Shown here piece after piece: positions 24,740 through 33,464 of a stretch of DNA of 64,000 nucleotides. The stretch is taken from the IMG/VR virus record IMGVR_UViG_3300013738_000004, positions 1,931 to 65,930 of that record; one strand, written 5' to 3'. Under the pieces are notes generated by a model, which worked only from the letters and a program-made list of their open reading frames with translations, did no database searches and was not told where the DNA came from. The DNA is from a virus. Position 1 is the first letter of the stretch; the number at the start of each line of letters is the position of its first letter. The translations under genes and the position numbers were made by a program.

Positions 24740-25372
24740 ATGGAAGTGATCGACGTTCGCACCCGGATCTACAAGAAGGAAAAGCTGTACTTCGTGACGC
24801 ATATCCCTGGCTATGTCGTCTGCAAGTACTCGCACCGCACGCCTTTTGTGATGCGCCAAACGATCTGGAAGAAACTCAACGTTTTTGAGGGCAAGGTTCC
24901 CGTCAAGAACGCTCACAAGCCCGAGAACGTGACCGCCGTATGCAAAGCGCTCGGCGAAAAGATGATTGCCCCCACGTCTGTCATTTGCAAGATGACGGGC
25001 CTGACGCAAGTGACGGTGGACAACATCCTCGCCTATCTGCACGGAAGCCATAAGGTCTACATCGCCGATTACGACGTTGGCAAGTTGCGTATCAATCGCA
25101 CGCGTCTATGGTCTTTGGGTAATCACGCCGATGCCACGGTTCCCCCGTCTGAGCCAGCAGAAGTACGTCGCCAGAAGATGAAAGAACATCGGTCGACATA
25201 CGAAGAGAGGCGGCAACAGAAGAAAGCGGGCGTCGGGAGCGATGGCCCGCACCGTGACCCGTTGACAGCAGCGTTTTTCGGTTCAGCAGCCGCGCCGAAT
25301 TCGCTCGCGGATCTGCCGTCGCGCGTGTTCAAGCAAAGCATGGAAGTTTCGGACGAGATGGAGGTCGCATGA
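24740..25372 (+). CDS. Phage hypothetical protein
   Basis: AAGGAG RBS; C-terminal RDPLTAAFFG motif. Confidence 0.7.
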   Translation: MEVIDVRTRIYKKEKLYFVTHIPGYVVCKYSHRTPFVMRQTIWKKLNVFEGKVPVKNAHKPENVTAVCKALGEKMIAPTSVICKMTGLTQVTVDNILAYLHGSHKVYIADYDVGKLRINRTRLWSLGNHADATVPPSEPAEVRRQKMKEHRSTYEERRQQKKAGVGSDGPHRDPLTAAFFGSAAAPNSLADLPSRVFKQSMEVSDEMEVA

Positions 25373-25469
25373 CCAACACTGAACATCCACCGTCAGCAGC
25401 ATTTTTCGATCTTCCGTTCGACTGGAAGACTGCGATGGAAGCGTGGAATCGTCAAAGGGGAGAGAGGAA

Positions 25470-25637
25470 ATGATCTATCTCGCAGACCAACGTTACTGCG
25501 TCAAGCGCGACCGTAAGCCCCAGATCTATTTCCTCAATGGGCGATGGTCGATTGCGTTTAAAGACGGCGTTAGCCTCAAACGAATCATGAGGGCTGATCG
25601 GTGGTGCGACGAAATGAATGGAGGCATTCGGAAATGA
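25470..25637 (+). CDS. Small hypothetical protein
   Basis: GGAGAGAGG RBS. Confidence 0.55.
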   Translation: MIYLADQRYCVKRDRKPQIYFLNGRWSIAFKDGVSLKRIMRADRWCDEMNGGIRK

Positions 25638-25864
25638 ATATCCGCGACGTAAAGGGCTTCGACACCACCCAGGAACTGTACGAGTTCATGTCGATCGAGC
25701 ACAAGCTCCACGCGGGCAGCATGGACGACTTGATTCGCTGCGTGTCTGAGTTGCAACGCCGCGCTCTCGCCGACCGAGATGCGCGAGAGTTGGCCCTAGA
25801 TCGGATGGTGGCGGATGCTGAATCACTCGATCTGTACATTTCCAAGGAGAACGAGAATGCCTGA
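25634..25864 (+). CDS. Phage hypothetical protein
   Basis: Coupled ORF. Confidence 0.55.
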   Translation: MNIRDVKGFDTTQELYEFMSIEHKLHAGSMDDLIRCVSELQRRALADRDARELALDRMVADAESLDLYISKENENA

Positions 25865-26087
25865 AAACAGCGCCTACCTGATCGCCCTGCTCAAGGCGAA
25901 GCTCTCGCGCGTAGAGCATGCATCCGCAAAGGGTATCGACCGCATGGCCGCATTCGAAATCGCGGAGTTTTCGGGCCTTGCGATGCATCTGCACTACGTG
26001 GCAGAGGAAGAGCTGGAGGAGCAGCAGATTACCAACGCCGAACGCGACCGCCAGGCACGCGCGGCACTTCAGGTGAGGTCGGTATGA
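25857..26087 (+). CDS. Phage hypothetical protein
   Basis: AAGGAG RBS. Confidence 0.6.
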   Translation: MPENSAYLIALLKAKLSRVEHASAKGIDRMAAFEIAEFSGLAMHLHYVAEEELEEQQITNAERDRQARAALQVRSV

Positions 26088-26539
26088 GCAAACTGACGCC
26101 AGAACAAAAGGCAGCGAATAAGGCTGCTCAGAAGGTTCGAGACGGAGCCTTTTCAGCGCGGCGGCGTGAGTACCGCAGCGCTCTTGGCGCGGCCAAGGAA
26201 AAAGCCGAACTAAGCGTGTTTGCCGCACGGAGGGACGTCGCCGGAGATGAAATTGAGCGCGAAATTCAAAATCGCATTCAAGCGCTCCACAACATTGATC
26301 GCGAGATTGCAGAGTTGGAAGAAAAGAAGAAGCGTATCCGCGGGCAATACGATTTGTCTATCCAACCAAAGAGGGAGGCGAGAGACGCCGCATGGCAGGC
26401 ATTTCGCGATCACGCGAGCACCCTTGAAAAGGATGTCAATGACCAATACCCAGATATGGCTGGCGTGTGGTCCGCAGCGGGATGGAAAATTCCCAATGAT
26501 GTGAAGGCGCAGATGGAAGCCGCCAGGGAGGCCGCATGA
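26084..26539 (+). CDS. Coiled-coil hypothetical protein
   Basis: Coupled ORF. Confidence 0.7.
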   Translation: MSKLTPEQKAANKAAQKVRDGAFSARRREYRSALGAAKEKAELSVFAARRDVAGDEIEREIQNRIQALHNIDREIAELEEKKKRIRGQYDLSIQPKREARDAAWQAFRDHASTLEKDVNDQYPDMAGVWSAAGWKIPNDVKAQMEAAREAA

Positions 26540-26682
26540 AACTCGCCAGCCTACTGATCTGGCTATCTCTCGGTCTTCTCGGGGGACTTATCACTTGCGT
26601 TGCATGGGCGTTAATGGCGCCGTCTTTCCTCCTGGGGAAGGTCGGAGAGTGGGTTATTGAGTGCGGAGAACGTTTCGAATGA
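26536..26682 (+). CDS. Small membrane protein (48 aa)
   Basis: Own translation MKLASLLIWLSLGLLGGLITCVAWALM...; ATGA overlaps at both ends. Confidence 0.55.
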   Translation: MKLASLLIWLSLGLLGGLITCVAWALMAPSFLLGKVGEWVIECGERFE

Positions 26683-26873
26683 GTGACAAGCGAGTAACCG
26701 TCAGCAAGGTTCTCTTCAACCAGAAGCCGAACGAGTTGCTTCAGCGCTGGTGCGAGCTGGCTGCGGCCAATGGTGGTGCGTTCGCCGTCAATCAGGAATG
26801 GACGGACCGCAACTGGTACACGACCTATACCATCGAATGGCCGGAAGGCATTCGGATTCCGGAGGGCGCATGA
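26679..26873 (+). CDS. Phage hypothetical protein
   Basis: Coupled ORF. Confidence 0.6.
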   Translation: MSDKRVTVSKVLFNQKPNELLQRWCELAAANGGAFAVNQEWTDRNWYTTYTIEWPEGIRIPEGA

Positions 26874-27322
26874 GCACGATCACTCCGACGTTCAGCGGAG
26901 AAGTACAGTTGGCCGCCTGGAGCGAGAGCCACTCAGGGGGCTGCAAAGTGGTCCTGTGGCTTGCCGACCCTAGCGACCTCGATGCATTCCGCGCGCTCAC
27001 CGTCCGTAAGGGCAACACGGCGGGCCATCGTTTCATGGCTGTGCTGGTCGAAGTGGGTGACGACGAGCTGCCGGTGCAGCCGGAACCTGAGAAGCCCAAG
27101 GGCGGAGTGTTGGCTAAAGAAGCGGCTATGTTGTGCGACATGCCCACCTTCCGGGAGTTCTGCGAGGAACAGGATGCTGAGGGTGCGGCCGACTGGATTC
27201 GCTTCACTTGCAACGTCGCGAGCCGAGCCGAGCTGGATAACTCCGAGCGTGCGGCTGCGCTGTTCAGGTCGAACGTTCGCGGTCCCTACATGAAGTGGAA
27301 GCAATCGCGAGGTGCGGCATGA
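26870..27322 (+). CDS. Phage hypothetical protein
   Basis: GGAGG RBS; RFTCNVASRAELD motif. Confidence 0.7.
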   Translation: MSTITPTFSGEVQLAAWSESHSGGCKVVLWLADPSDLDAFRALTVRKGNTAGHRFMAVLVEVGDDELPVQPEPEKPKGGVLAKEAAMLCDMPTFREFCEEQDAEGAADWIRFTCNVASRAELDNSERAAALFRSNVRGPYMKWKQSRGAA

Positions 27323-27450
27323 AAACAAGCACAACAATGTTTATGGGCATGGTCATCATCGGCGCGCCGCATCTGAATTCGCAGACTGCGGTATTCGTTC
27401 AGGTAGTCGCATTCGTGGCTGGCATTGTCGCCGCGTGGATGGAATCGTGA
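27319..27450 (+). CDS. Small membrane protein (43 aa)
   Basis: Own translation; hydrophobic; coupled. Confidence 0.5.
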   Translation: MKTSTTMFMGMVIIGAPHLNSQTAVFVQVVAFVAGIVAAWMES

Positions 27451-27884
27451 AGCGCTCATCGTTCGGCCCACGCAAGACCCCCCTCAAGCGCTCCCCATGG
27501 CCCCTAGCCGACCGCAAGACTTCGCTGCGTAGGAGCGAAATGAAACGCAAGGTGAAGCGCGTCACGGTGGCTGATGGGGCGAAGTATCTCGAAGCGTGCC
27601 GCGGCGAAGACTGCTTTCTGCGCGTGCCGGGGGTGTGCTGCGGAAATTCCGAGACAGTGGTCCCAGCGCATAGCAACGAATCGGCGCACGGAAAAGGAAT
27701 GGGCATCAAAGCAAAGCATCGGTACACGATTCCGTGCTGCTTCACCTGTCATGCGTGGCTGGATACCGGGCCCGCATGGTGGAGCGAGAAGACTTCAGCA
27801 TGGCGTGCGGCATACGCCGAATGGAAGCCCGTCAGAAATAGAAAGATGGGATTGGTTGAAGAACAAGAAACGGAGGTGGTGTGA
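27447..27884 (+). CDS. DUF1364-like Zn-binding putative nuclease
   Basis: YLEACRGEDCFLRVPGVC...ETVVPAHSN...GKGMGIKA...CC..CH.WLD. Confidence 0.8.
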   Translation: MKRSSFGPRKTPLKRSPWPLADRKTSLRRSEMKRKVKRVTVADGAKYLEACRGEDCFLRVPGVCCGNSETVVPAHSNESAHGKGMGIKAKHRYTIPCCFTCHAWLDTGPAWWSEKTSAWRAAYAEWKPVRNRKMGLVEEQETEVV

Positions 27885-28609
27885 ATGAGTTGGCTCTTTT
27901 CGCAGGCGCTGGCGGAGGTTTGCTCGCAGGGCACCTCCTTGGCTGGCGAACAGTTTGCGCAGTTGAACGTGACGGATACGCCGCACAAGTTCTGGCACAA
28001 AGACAAAACGATGGAGTCCTCCGACCATTCCCGATTTGGTCTGACGTCGTCCACTTTGACGGACGACCATGGCGAGGAATTGTTGACGTCGTATCGGGCG
28101 GGTTTCCGTGCCAAGACATATCTCCCGCCGGCACCCAGTTGGGCCTCGATGGAGAGCGAAGCGGACTCTGGTCTGAATTCTTCCGGATTGTGGGCGAAGT
28201 TCGACCCCGCTTCGTGTTCATTGAAAACAGCTCAGCACTCATTGCTCGAGGACTTGGCCGCATCCTCGCCGACCTTGCCAGTATCGGGTTTGATGCGCGG
28301 TGGTCGCATTTATCAGCGGCCCAGCTTGGCGCCTGCCACGAGCGCAACCGCACCTGGATCGTTGCCTACTCCGCTGAAGTCGTGGGGCCGGCGTGGACCG
28401 GGCCTGTCGAACAACCTCGACAATTTGCGGTGCAGCCTTGGAATTACGAAGGAGTGTCTAGCGATAGTGGACGCCGTTGGGTGGAGATGGCCCGCCAGTT
28501 TCGTCGAATGGATGATGGACTGGCCTACGCAGTGGAGCGCACTGAGGCCATTGGAAATGCACAGGTTCCAATCGTGGCGGCAACAGCATTTCGTGAACTC
28601 TCAAGATAA
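27881..28609 (+). CDS. DNA cytosine-C5 methyltransferase, alpha-type subunit
   Basis: Motifs I (LFAGAGG), IV (GGFPCQ), VI (IENS), VIII (HERNRTWIVA), X (IGNAQVP); no TRD or motif IX visible. Confidence 0.9.
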   Translation: MNELALFAGAGGGLLAGHLLGWRTVCAVERDGYAAQVLAQRQNDGVLRPFPIWSDVVHFDGRPWRGIVDVVSGGFPCQDISPAGTQLGLDGERSGLWSEFFRIVGEVRPRFVFIENSSALIARGLGRILADLASIGFDARWSHLSAAQLGACHERNRTWIVAYSAEVVGPAWTGPVEQPRQFAVQPWNYEGVSSDSGRRWVEMARQFRRMDDGLAYAVERTEAIGNAQVPIVAATAFRELSR

Positions 28610-28625
28610 CCAGGAGGCAGCATGA
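27885..28625 (+). CDS. Overlapping +1-frame ORF, probable beta subunit of the C5 methyltransferase
   Basis: 246 codons open across the whole MTase; C-terminal WPASFVEWMMDWPTQWS resembles motif IX; its stop overlaps the next gene's ATG. Confidence 0.6.
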   Translation: MSWLFSQALAEVCSQGTSLAGEQFAQLNVTDTPHKFWHKDKTMESSDHSRFGLTSSTLTDDHGEELLTSYRAGFRAKTYLPPAPSWASMESEADSGLNSSGLWAKFDPASCSLKTAQHSLLEDLAASSPTLPVSGLMRGGRIYQRPSLAPATSATAPGSLPTPLKSWGRRGPGLSNNLDNLRCSLGITKECLAIVDAVGWRWPASFVEWMMDWPTQWSALRPLEMHRFQSWRQQHFVNSQDNQEAA

Positions 28626-29107
28626 TCGACTCACTCGACAACCTCGAATCTTTGGCGAAGGATGACCGAGCGGCCTTCCCCGCCTCGACGATTCGCGAGC
28701 TATGCGCAGAGGTGCGGAGGCTGCGGGAGCGGCTGGAGATCGACTCTCGCCACCCATACGACGGCATCGATTGCCGGGACGAGACGATACGGGTGCAGGA
28801 TGAGGAGATTGCGGGGCTGCGAGGGGGAAACGAACGGCTGGCCGCGCAGTTTGCCGAGCTTGAGGCAGTGGCCCGGGACGCCATCGCGAAAGCAGAACAC
28901 TGGAAGGCCAACCACGATAACCAGGTGGCTCGCGCCCGCTTCCTGATTGAGCGTGGCGATATTCCGCTTGAGCGTGTTAGAGCCTACGAGGAAATGGCTG
29001 CCCTGCAAGCATTCCGCGACTTCTTCCGCGACCGCTGCGAGGGGTTATTCGCTCAGTTCGGGATGACTGCCGTGGACGCGTACAACGAAGCCGAACGCAA
29101 GGAATAA
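28622..29107 (+). CDS. Ead/Ea22-like phage protein
   Basis: IRELCAEVRRLRE; coiled coil. Confidence 0.65.
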   Translation: MIDSLDNLESLAKDDRAAFPASTIRELCAEVRRLRERLEIDSRHPYDGIDCRDETIRVQDEEIAGLRGGNERLAAQFAELEAVARDAIAKAEHWKANHDNQVARARFLIERGDIPLERVRAYEEMAALQAFRDFFRDRCEGLFAQFGMTAVDAYNEAERKE

Positions 29108-29211
29108 CCCCATGCTCAGCGTCCTTGGTCCGCACTGGCTCCTTGCCCTGCTGGTCTACGTGGCGCTGAGCTTGGTTGTTTGGGTGGTGATGGAGTGAAA
29201 GGAGAAGAGGA

Positions 29212-29574
29212 ATGAGAATTCTTGTGTGTGGTGGCCGTGAGTACGGCCAACAGGTCGAAGAGGAGCGCCGAGTGTTCGAAGTGCTCGATGCGCAGTATGC
29301 CCAAAGCCCTATCGAATTGGTGATTCAGGGTGGTGCGCGCGGAGCCGACACAATGGGGAGATTATGGGCTGAGGCGCGCTCGATCGACTGTTTGACGGTC
29401 CCGGCCAAATGGGAAATCCATGGGCGAGCGGCGGGCCCAATGCGGAATACGCGGATGCTCAATTACAAACCGCAACTCGTGATTGCATTTCCGGGCGGCC
29501 GAGGCACGGCGGATATGGTGCGGAAAGCCAAGCGTGCGAATTTGCTGGTCATGGAGATCGAACACAACCCGTAG
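29212..29574 (+). CDS. SLOG-superfamily protein (DUF2493/YspA-like)
   Basis: RILVCGGREY, VIQGGARGAD, AKWEIHGRAAGPMRNTRML, IAFPGGRGTADMV. Confidence 0.88.
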   Translation: MRILVCGGREYGQQVEEERRVFEVLDAQYAQSPIELVIQGGARGADTMGRLWAEARSIDCLTVPAKWEIHGRAAGPMRNTRMLNYKPQLVIAFPGGRGTADMVRKAKRANLLVMEIEHNP

Positions 29575-29648
29575 CGTTTCTCACCGAGTCACAAGCAAGT
29601 AGTAGTGCTTAATGATATAATTAGTAGAATCCGCTCAAGGAGTTAGTG

Positions 29649-30056
29649 ATGACGCTTGATGAGAGTCAGCAAGTTGAAGACCTGCTCCTAGCGTGGCATA
29701 GGTGGCAGGAGTCGTACACCATCGAGAAAGGCTTCCCGCGCTGCTCCCCTTCGTTGAGAGAGTGCGAATCCGGAAAATATTCTGGAAATGTAATCGAGCA
29801 AGCGCAAGCCGCCGACGAGAAAATCTGGAAGCGCAACAGTGAAGCCGTGGAATCCTGTGTGGACGCTCTGCCGAAGTGGGAGCATCGAGCATCCATTCAG
29901 ATGTCCATGATGAACAAGCGTTGCGGTGCAGTAGTGTTCAAAAATCCGCGCCTGGGTCCCGAAGAGTCTCACCGGTACTATCAGGAAAGTAAGGATCTGT
30001 TGCTGCCCAAATTCGTATCGCGCGGGCTGATCAAGATTGCGGAGGTGGTGGCGTGA
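29649..30056 (+). CDS. Q-like late antiterminator (putative)
   Basis: VEDLLLAWHRW...; located at the end of the early-right operon, upstream of a promoter-terminator unit. Confidence 0.6.
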   Translation: MTLDESQQVEDLLLAWHRWQESYTIEKGFPRCSPSLRECESGKYSGNVIEQAQAADEKIWKRNSEAVESCVDALPKWEHRASIQMSMMNKRCGAVVFKNPRLGPEESHRYYQESKDLLLPKFVSRGLIKIAEVVA

Positions 30057-30277
30057 GCATTCGAATTTCAATACCGACGACAACCAGGGATCACTGGTCG
30101 GGCTATGAGGTTGACACGACCATGACTTTTGACCTATCGGTAGGCCAAGCACAAGCATTGGTTGCATCGATCAGCGCTCAAATTCCTGCGGAGCGGGAAC
30201 GCAAGGAGCGCGAGGCTAAGGAGGAAATCGAACGCCTCGAATCGCGCCTTCGCACACTCAAAGGATCGGCAACATGA
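30053..30277 (+). CDS. Phage hypothetical protein
   Basis: Coupled ORF. Confidence 0.55.
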   Translation: MSIRISIPTTTRDHWSGYEVDTTMTFDLSVGQAQALVASISAQIPAERERKEREAKEEIERLESRLRTLKGSAT

Positions 30278-30561
30278 TCAGCCTTGACGTACTGGAAGCG
30301 CTGGCGATAAATGCGAGCGTAGAGGATGGGCCGTCCGTGCGCGATTGGCAGGACTATTGCCGCGTTACGGGTCCAGCATACATCCTTGACCTGATCGCGG
30401 AGGTGCGCAGGCTGCGGGCGCGCAGTGCGCTCGCGGACAGCGTTTCTCACTACGCCGACAGCGTATGCGGGATGCTGCGACAAGGCGGTTGGCCCGGCAA
30501 GGCTGAGGCACTGGAATCGCGAATCAAGGCCGTAATCGACTTCGACAAGGAAAGCCAATGA
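30274..30561 (+). CDS. Ead/Ea22-like hypothetical protein
   Basis: PAYILDLIAEVRRLR motif. Confidence 0.65.
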   Translation: MISLDVLEALAINASVEDGPSVRDWQDYCRVTGPAYILDLIAEVRRLRARSALADSVSHYADSVCGMLRQGGWPGKAEALESRIKAVIDFDKESQ

Positions 30562-30770
30562 GCAATCAGGCGGAAGTGATGCGCTTTGACCCGGCAACGT
30601 GCATGCCGCGACCTTATCCGAGCCATGCCGAACAGTACCGTGAGTGGCACGGCAAGACGGCATGGCTCTATAACCCATGGACGGGCGATCTGCGCGACCC
30701 GCGAGATATTGGCTCAGACGTCTTCGGGCATCTGATTGTTCGCCCGCAACCAGAAGAGCGAGCGCTCTAA
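30558..30770 (+). CDS. Phage hypothetical protein
   Basis: AWLYNPWTG..RDPRDIGSD motif. Confidence 0.7.
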   Translation: MSNQAEVMRFDPATCMPRPYPSHAEQYREWHGKTAWLYNPWTGDLRDPRDIGSDVFGHLIVRPQPEERAL

Positions 30771-30789
30771 AAATATTTTCTCCAAGGGG

Positions 30790-30818
30790 TTGTATACCCC
30801 GCCGATTTGGGGTACTGT
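30790..30818 (+). promoter_or_regulatory. Late promoter pR'-like
   Basis: TTGTAT-17 bp-TACTGT followed about 50 bp later by a terminator. Confidence 0.6.
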
Positions 30819-30870
30819 ACAGACGTGGTGCTAGAGCTACATCTAGCGCCAGTAGCAAAAAGATACCCCA

Positions 30871-30908
30871 AGCCCGCCAGGTTCGCGCCTCGCGGGCTTT
30901 TCCGTTTT
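30871..30908 (+). terminator. tR'-like intrinsic terminator
   Basis: AGCCCGC...GCGGGCT followed by TTTCCGTTTT. Confidence 0.65.
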
Positions 30909-30918
30909 CAGGTTTGCC

Positions 30919-31194
30919 ATGGCCCGCTCGATCACATTTCAAGGTGCGTTCGGGGGTGACCCATTGGCGAATCTTGAACGCAATCGCGCCGAGCAAGCGG
31001 GCAGGAAACCGACAAAGCGCGAGTGCCTTGAGATGGGAAATCGCCCGCTGTCCGATTCGGGCCGGCGCACGCCGGATGAGGCCGCAAAGCCCGCGCACAA
31101 GCCATTCGAACAGTTCCTGGCAGAGGAGTTTGCACCCAGGCAGCGGAGCGAGGCCTGGCGGCGCCTGGAAGCCTTGTTTGAGAGTAAGCCATGA
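30919..31194 (+). CDS. Phage hypothetical protein
   Basis: First late ORF; GDPLANLERN. Confidence 0.65.
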   Translation: MARSITFQGAFGGDPLANLERNRAEQAGRKPTKRECLEMGNRPLSDSGRRTPDEAAKPAHKPFEQFLAEEFAPRQRSEAWRRLEALFESKP

Positions 31195-31319
31195 CCGCCC
31201 AGCAAATCATCGACAGCCTCGAACGCGACATCGAGCGCATGCGCATCGATCCGGCGTTGCTGAAGAGTCTGGTGGCGCGGTTGGACGCTCTACGCGAGAT
31301 GGTGAAGCATGGCGGCTAG
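31191..31319 (+). CDS. Small hypothetical protein (42 aa)
   Basis: Own translation; overlaps both neighbours. Confidence 0.5.
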   Translation: MTAQQIIDSLERDIERMRIDPALLKSLVARLDALREMVKHGG

Positions 31320-31536
31320 GAAGACGGTCAAGATCGAGCCGGCTGAGCCAACATCGACTTGCAAGGCTTGTAAGCACGGATGGCTATACGAAGGCGAGGA
31401 TTCCGCGCAGTGGTACTGCCGACGCTATCCGCCCACGGTCACATACGACTACGAGGAAGGTTGTCCAGTTAGTTCGTTTCCGTGTGTCGCACCCGATTTG
31501 ACCTGCGGCGAATTCGCTGCGCAGCTTAATTCTTGA
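31309..31536 (+). CDS. Small Cys4 Zn-binding protein
   Basis: CKAC...CRRYPP...FP.V....TCGEF. Confidence 0.7.
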   Translation: MAARKTVKIEPAEPTSTCKACKHGWLYEGEDSAQWYCRRYPPTVTYDYEEGCPVSSFPCVAPDLTCGEFAAQLNS

Positions 31537-31545
31537 GGATCCCAA

Positions 31546-32733
31546 GTGGCGATTGACGACTTGAAGAAAGCCGTGGACCGCCATGGCAGCATTCGTGGTG
31601 CCGCCCGTGCCATGGGCATTGCGGAAAGCACACTCCGGAGCCGCCTCCGCGCCGCCGAGGCAGCGAATGATGAGCCCGAAAAGCCCGCATTCACCCGCGC
31701 CGACGAGCTCGAAAGTGAACTGCGAACCCTTCGGACGCAACTAGCGACGGTCAAGCGCGAGGCGCTGGACGACGAATTCGTAAAGCGCCGCATCCTCAAG
31801 ATGTCTGAGGAGCACATCGAGCCGCCCAAGTGGCTGATTCAGGCGAAGCCGACCAAGACCTCGCCCGGCGTCCCCACGCTGTTCGCATCTGACTGGCACT
31901 GGGCCGAAGTCGTCGATCCTACGCAGATTGGCGGCGTGAACGAATATGATCTGGCGATCGCCCACAAGCGCGCACGCCGGATGATCGAAGTCTCGATTGA
32001 TCTGTTGAACAATCACATGGTCAATCCGAAGTACCCCGGCATCGTGTTCGCCCTTGGCGGCGACATGGTTTCGGGCGATATTCACGAAGAACTGCAGGCC
32101 ACGAACGAATGCGAGATCATGGCCGCGGTCACGGACCTGTACGGCGTGCTGGTCTGGTGCATCAATACGCTGGCTGACCGATTCGGGCGTGTGTTCGTGC
32201 CGTGCGTCTCAGGCAATCATGGCCGCAACACCCATAAGATCCGCGCCAAGGGGCGGAACTATACGTCTTTCGACTGGCTGCTGTATTGCTTCCTGGCGAA
32301 GCACTTCGAAGGCGATTCGCGGGTCAATTTCCTGATCCCGAATGGCCCGGACGCTCTCTACAAGGTTTATGGCACGCGGTATCTGCTCACTCATGGTGAT
32401 CAATTCCGCGGCGGCGACGGCATGATTGGCGCGCTCGGCCCGATTATCCGCGGCGACCATAAGAAGCGCAGCCGTCAGACGCAGATCGGCGCGAGCTATG
32501 ACGTGATGCTGCTAGGTCACTGGCACCAGTTGATCCAATTGCAGCGCCTGATCGTCAATGGCTCGCTGAAGGGCTACGACGAGTACGCGAACGCGAACAA
32601 CTTCGGATATGAGCCGCCGCGGCAAGCGCTCTGGATAACCCATCCGGTCCAGGGAATCACATTCAGCATGCCGGTGAATGTTGACGAGCCTAAGGAAGCC
32701 GAGAAAACCTCATGGGTGAGTTGGGCCGCATGA
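31546..32733 (+). CDS. Calcineurin-like metallophosphoesterase with N-terminal HTH
   Basis: SDWHW, GGDMVSG, SGNHG, HGD and GHWHQ motifs; N-terminal GSIRGAARAMGIAESTLRSRL. Confidence 0.88.
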   Translation: MAIDDLKKAVDRHGSIRGAARAMGIAESTLRSRLRAAEAANDEPEKPAFTRADELESELRTLRTQLATVKREALDDEFVKRRILKMSEEHIEPPKWLIQAKPTKTSPGVPTLFASDWHWAEVVDPTQIGGVNEYDLAIAHKRARRMIEVSIDLLNNHMVNPKYPGIVFALGGDMVSGDIHEELQATNECEIMAAVTDLYGVLVWCINTLADRFGRVFVPCVSGNHGRNTHKIRAKGRNYTSFDWLLYCFLAKHFEGDSRVNFLIPNGPDALYKVYGTRYLLTHGDQFRGGDGMIGALGPIIRGDHKKRSRQTQIGASYDVMLLGHWHQLIQLQRLIVNGSLKGYDEYANANNFGYEPPRQALWITHPVQGITFSMPVNVDEPKEAEKTSWVSWAA

Positions 32734-32906
32734 AACCCGCCTTCTCCGACCGCCTCCGCGACCTGCTATCCGATCCCGAGGCAGCAAAGCAGCTTCAATC
32801 GTGGATGGCGACGGGAAAGCCAGAGTTGATCACGATCCGCAAGGACGGGAACGAGATCGTGGTGCGGGCTGAATACGTGAATCGCTATGGGATCAAGTGC
32901 GGCTAA
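32730..32906 (+). CDS. Small hypothetical protein
   Basis: ATGA-coupled start (MKPAFSDRL). Confidence 0.55.
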   Translation: MKPAFSDRLRDLLSDPEAAKQLQSWMATGKPELITIRKDGNEIVVRAEYVNRYGIKCG

Positions 32907-32932
32907 GGCTGGGAAGCGTACAAACGAACAAT

Positions 32933-33008
32933 TGCCGGGTAGCTCAATTGGTAGAGCAGCGGGTTTTGATCCCGTTGGTTGCGCGTTCGAGTCGCGCTCC
33001 GGTTGCCA
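32933..33008 (+). tRNA. tRNA-Gln (anticodon TTG) with atypical acceptor stem
   Basis: 76 nt; D arm AGCTC..GAGC, anticodon stem GCGGG/CCCGT with loop TTTTGAT, T loop TTCGAGT, encoded CCA. Confidence 0.85.
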
Positions 33009-33464
33009 GCACTTCATGGCCGTAAATGGAATCGGCTAAGCCCAAGGCTCCGGTTCTCACCCCGAGCGGCCACTAACCTAGTCGGTGCCGAGTAGTGAGC
33101 CGGCCGGATGCCTCACGAAACGAGGCCTCTCACTAGCCTGCATTTGAGCCTATTCAGGTAGCCCCCGCGAGGGGCGCATCAGTGCGGGCCAGTGAGAGCG
33201 AATGCGCGTGCTGACGCGCCCGAAAAGATAGGACGCGAGAGCGACGCCAATGCCCTTCGCGATGCGTGCCGGAGATCAGAACTGGCCGCTCTCAACCATC
33301 AATGGGCACTTGGCAGTCTGCGGAGCATACCGACGAAGGGTGAATGCGCAGCCCCGAAAGGTCAGTTCGCGGTGACGGTTCGATTCCGGCTCATGCCCAC
33401 CAAATGCGCACCAAAGCGCACATACCCCGCATCGCTACAAGCGGATGAGCACAAAGGTGCGCAA

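Noticed and set aside
33085-33145. Hammerhead or twister ribozyme around CGAAAC
   Set aside because: The CUGAUGA core is absent; the region is kept only as a generic structured RNA.
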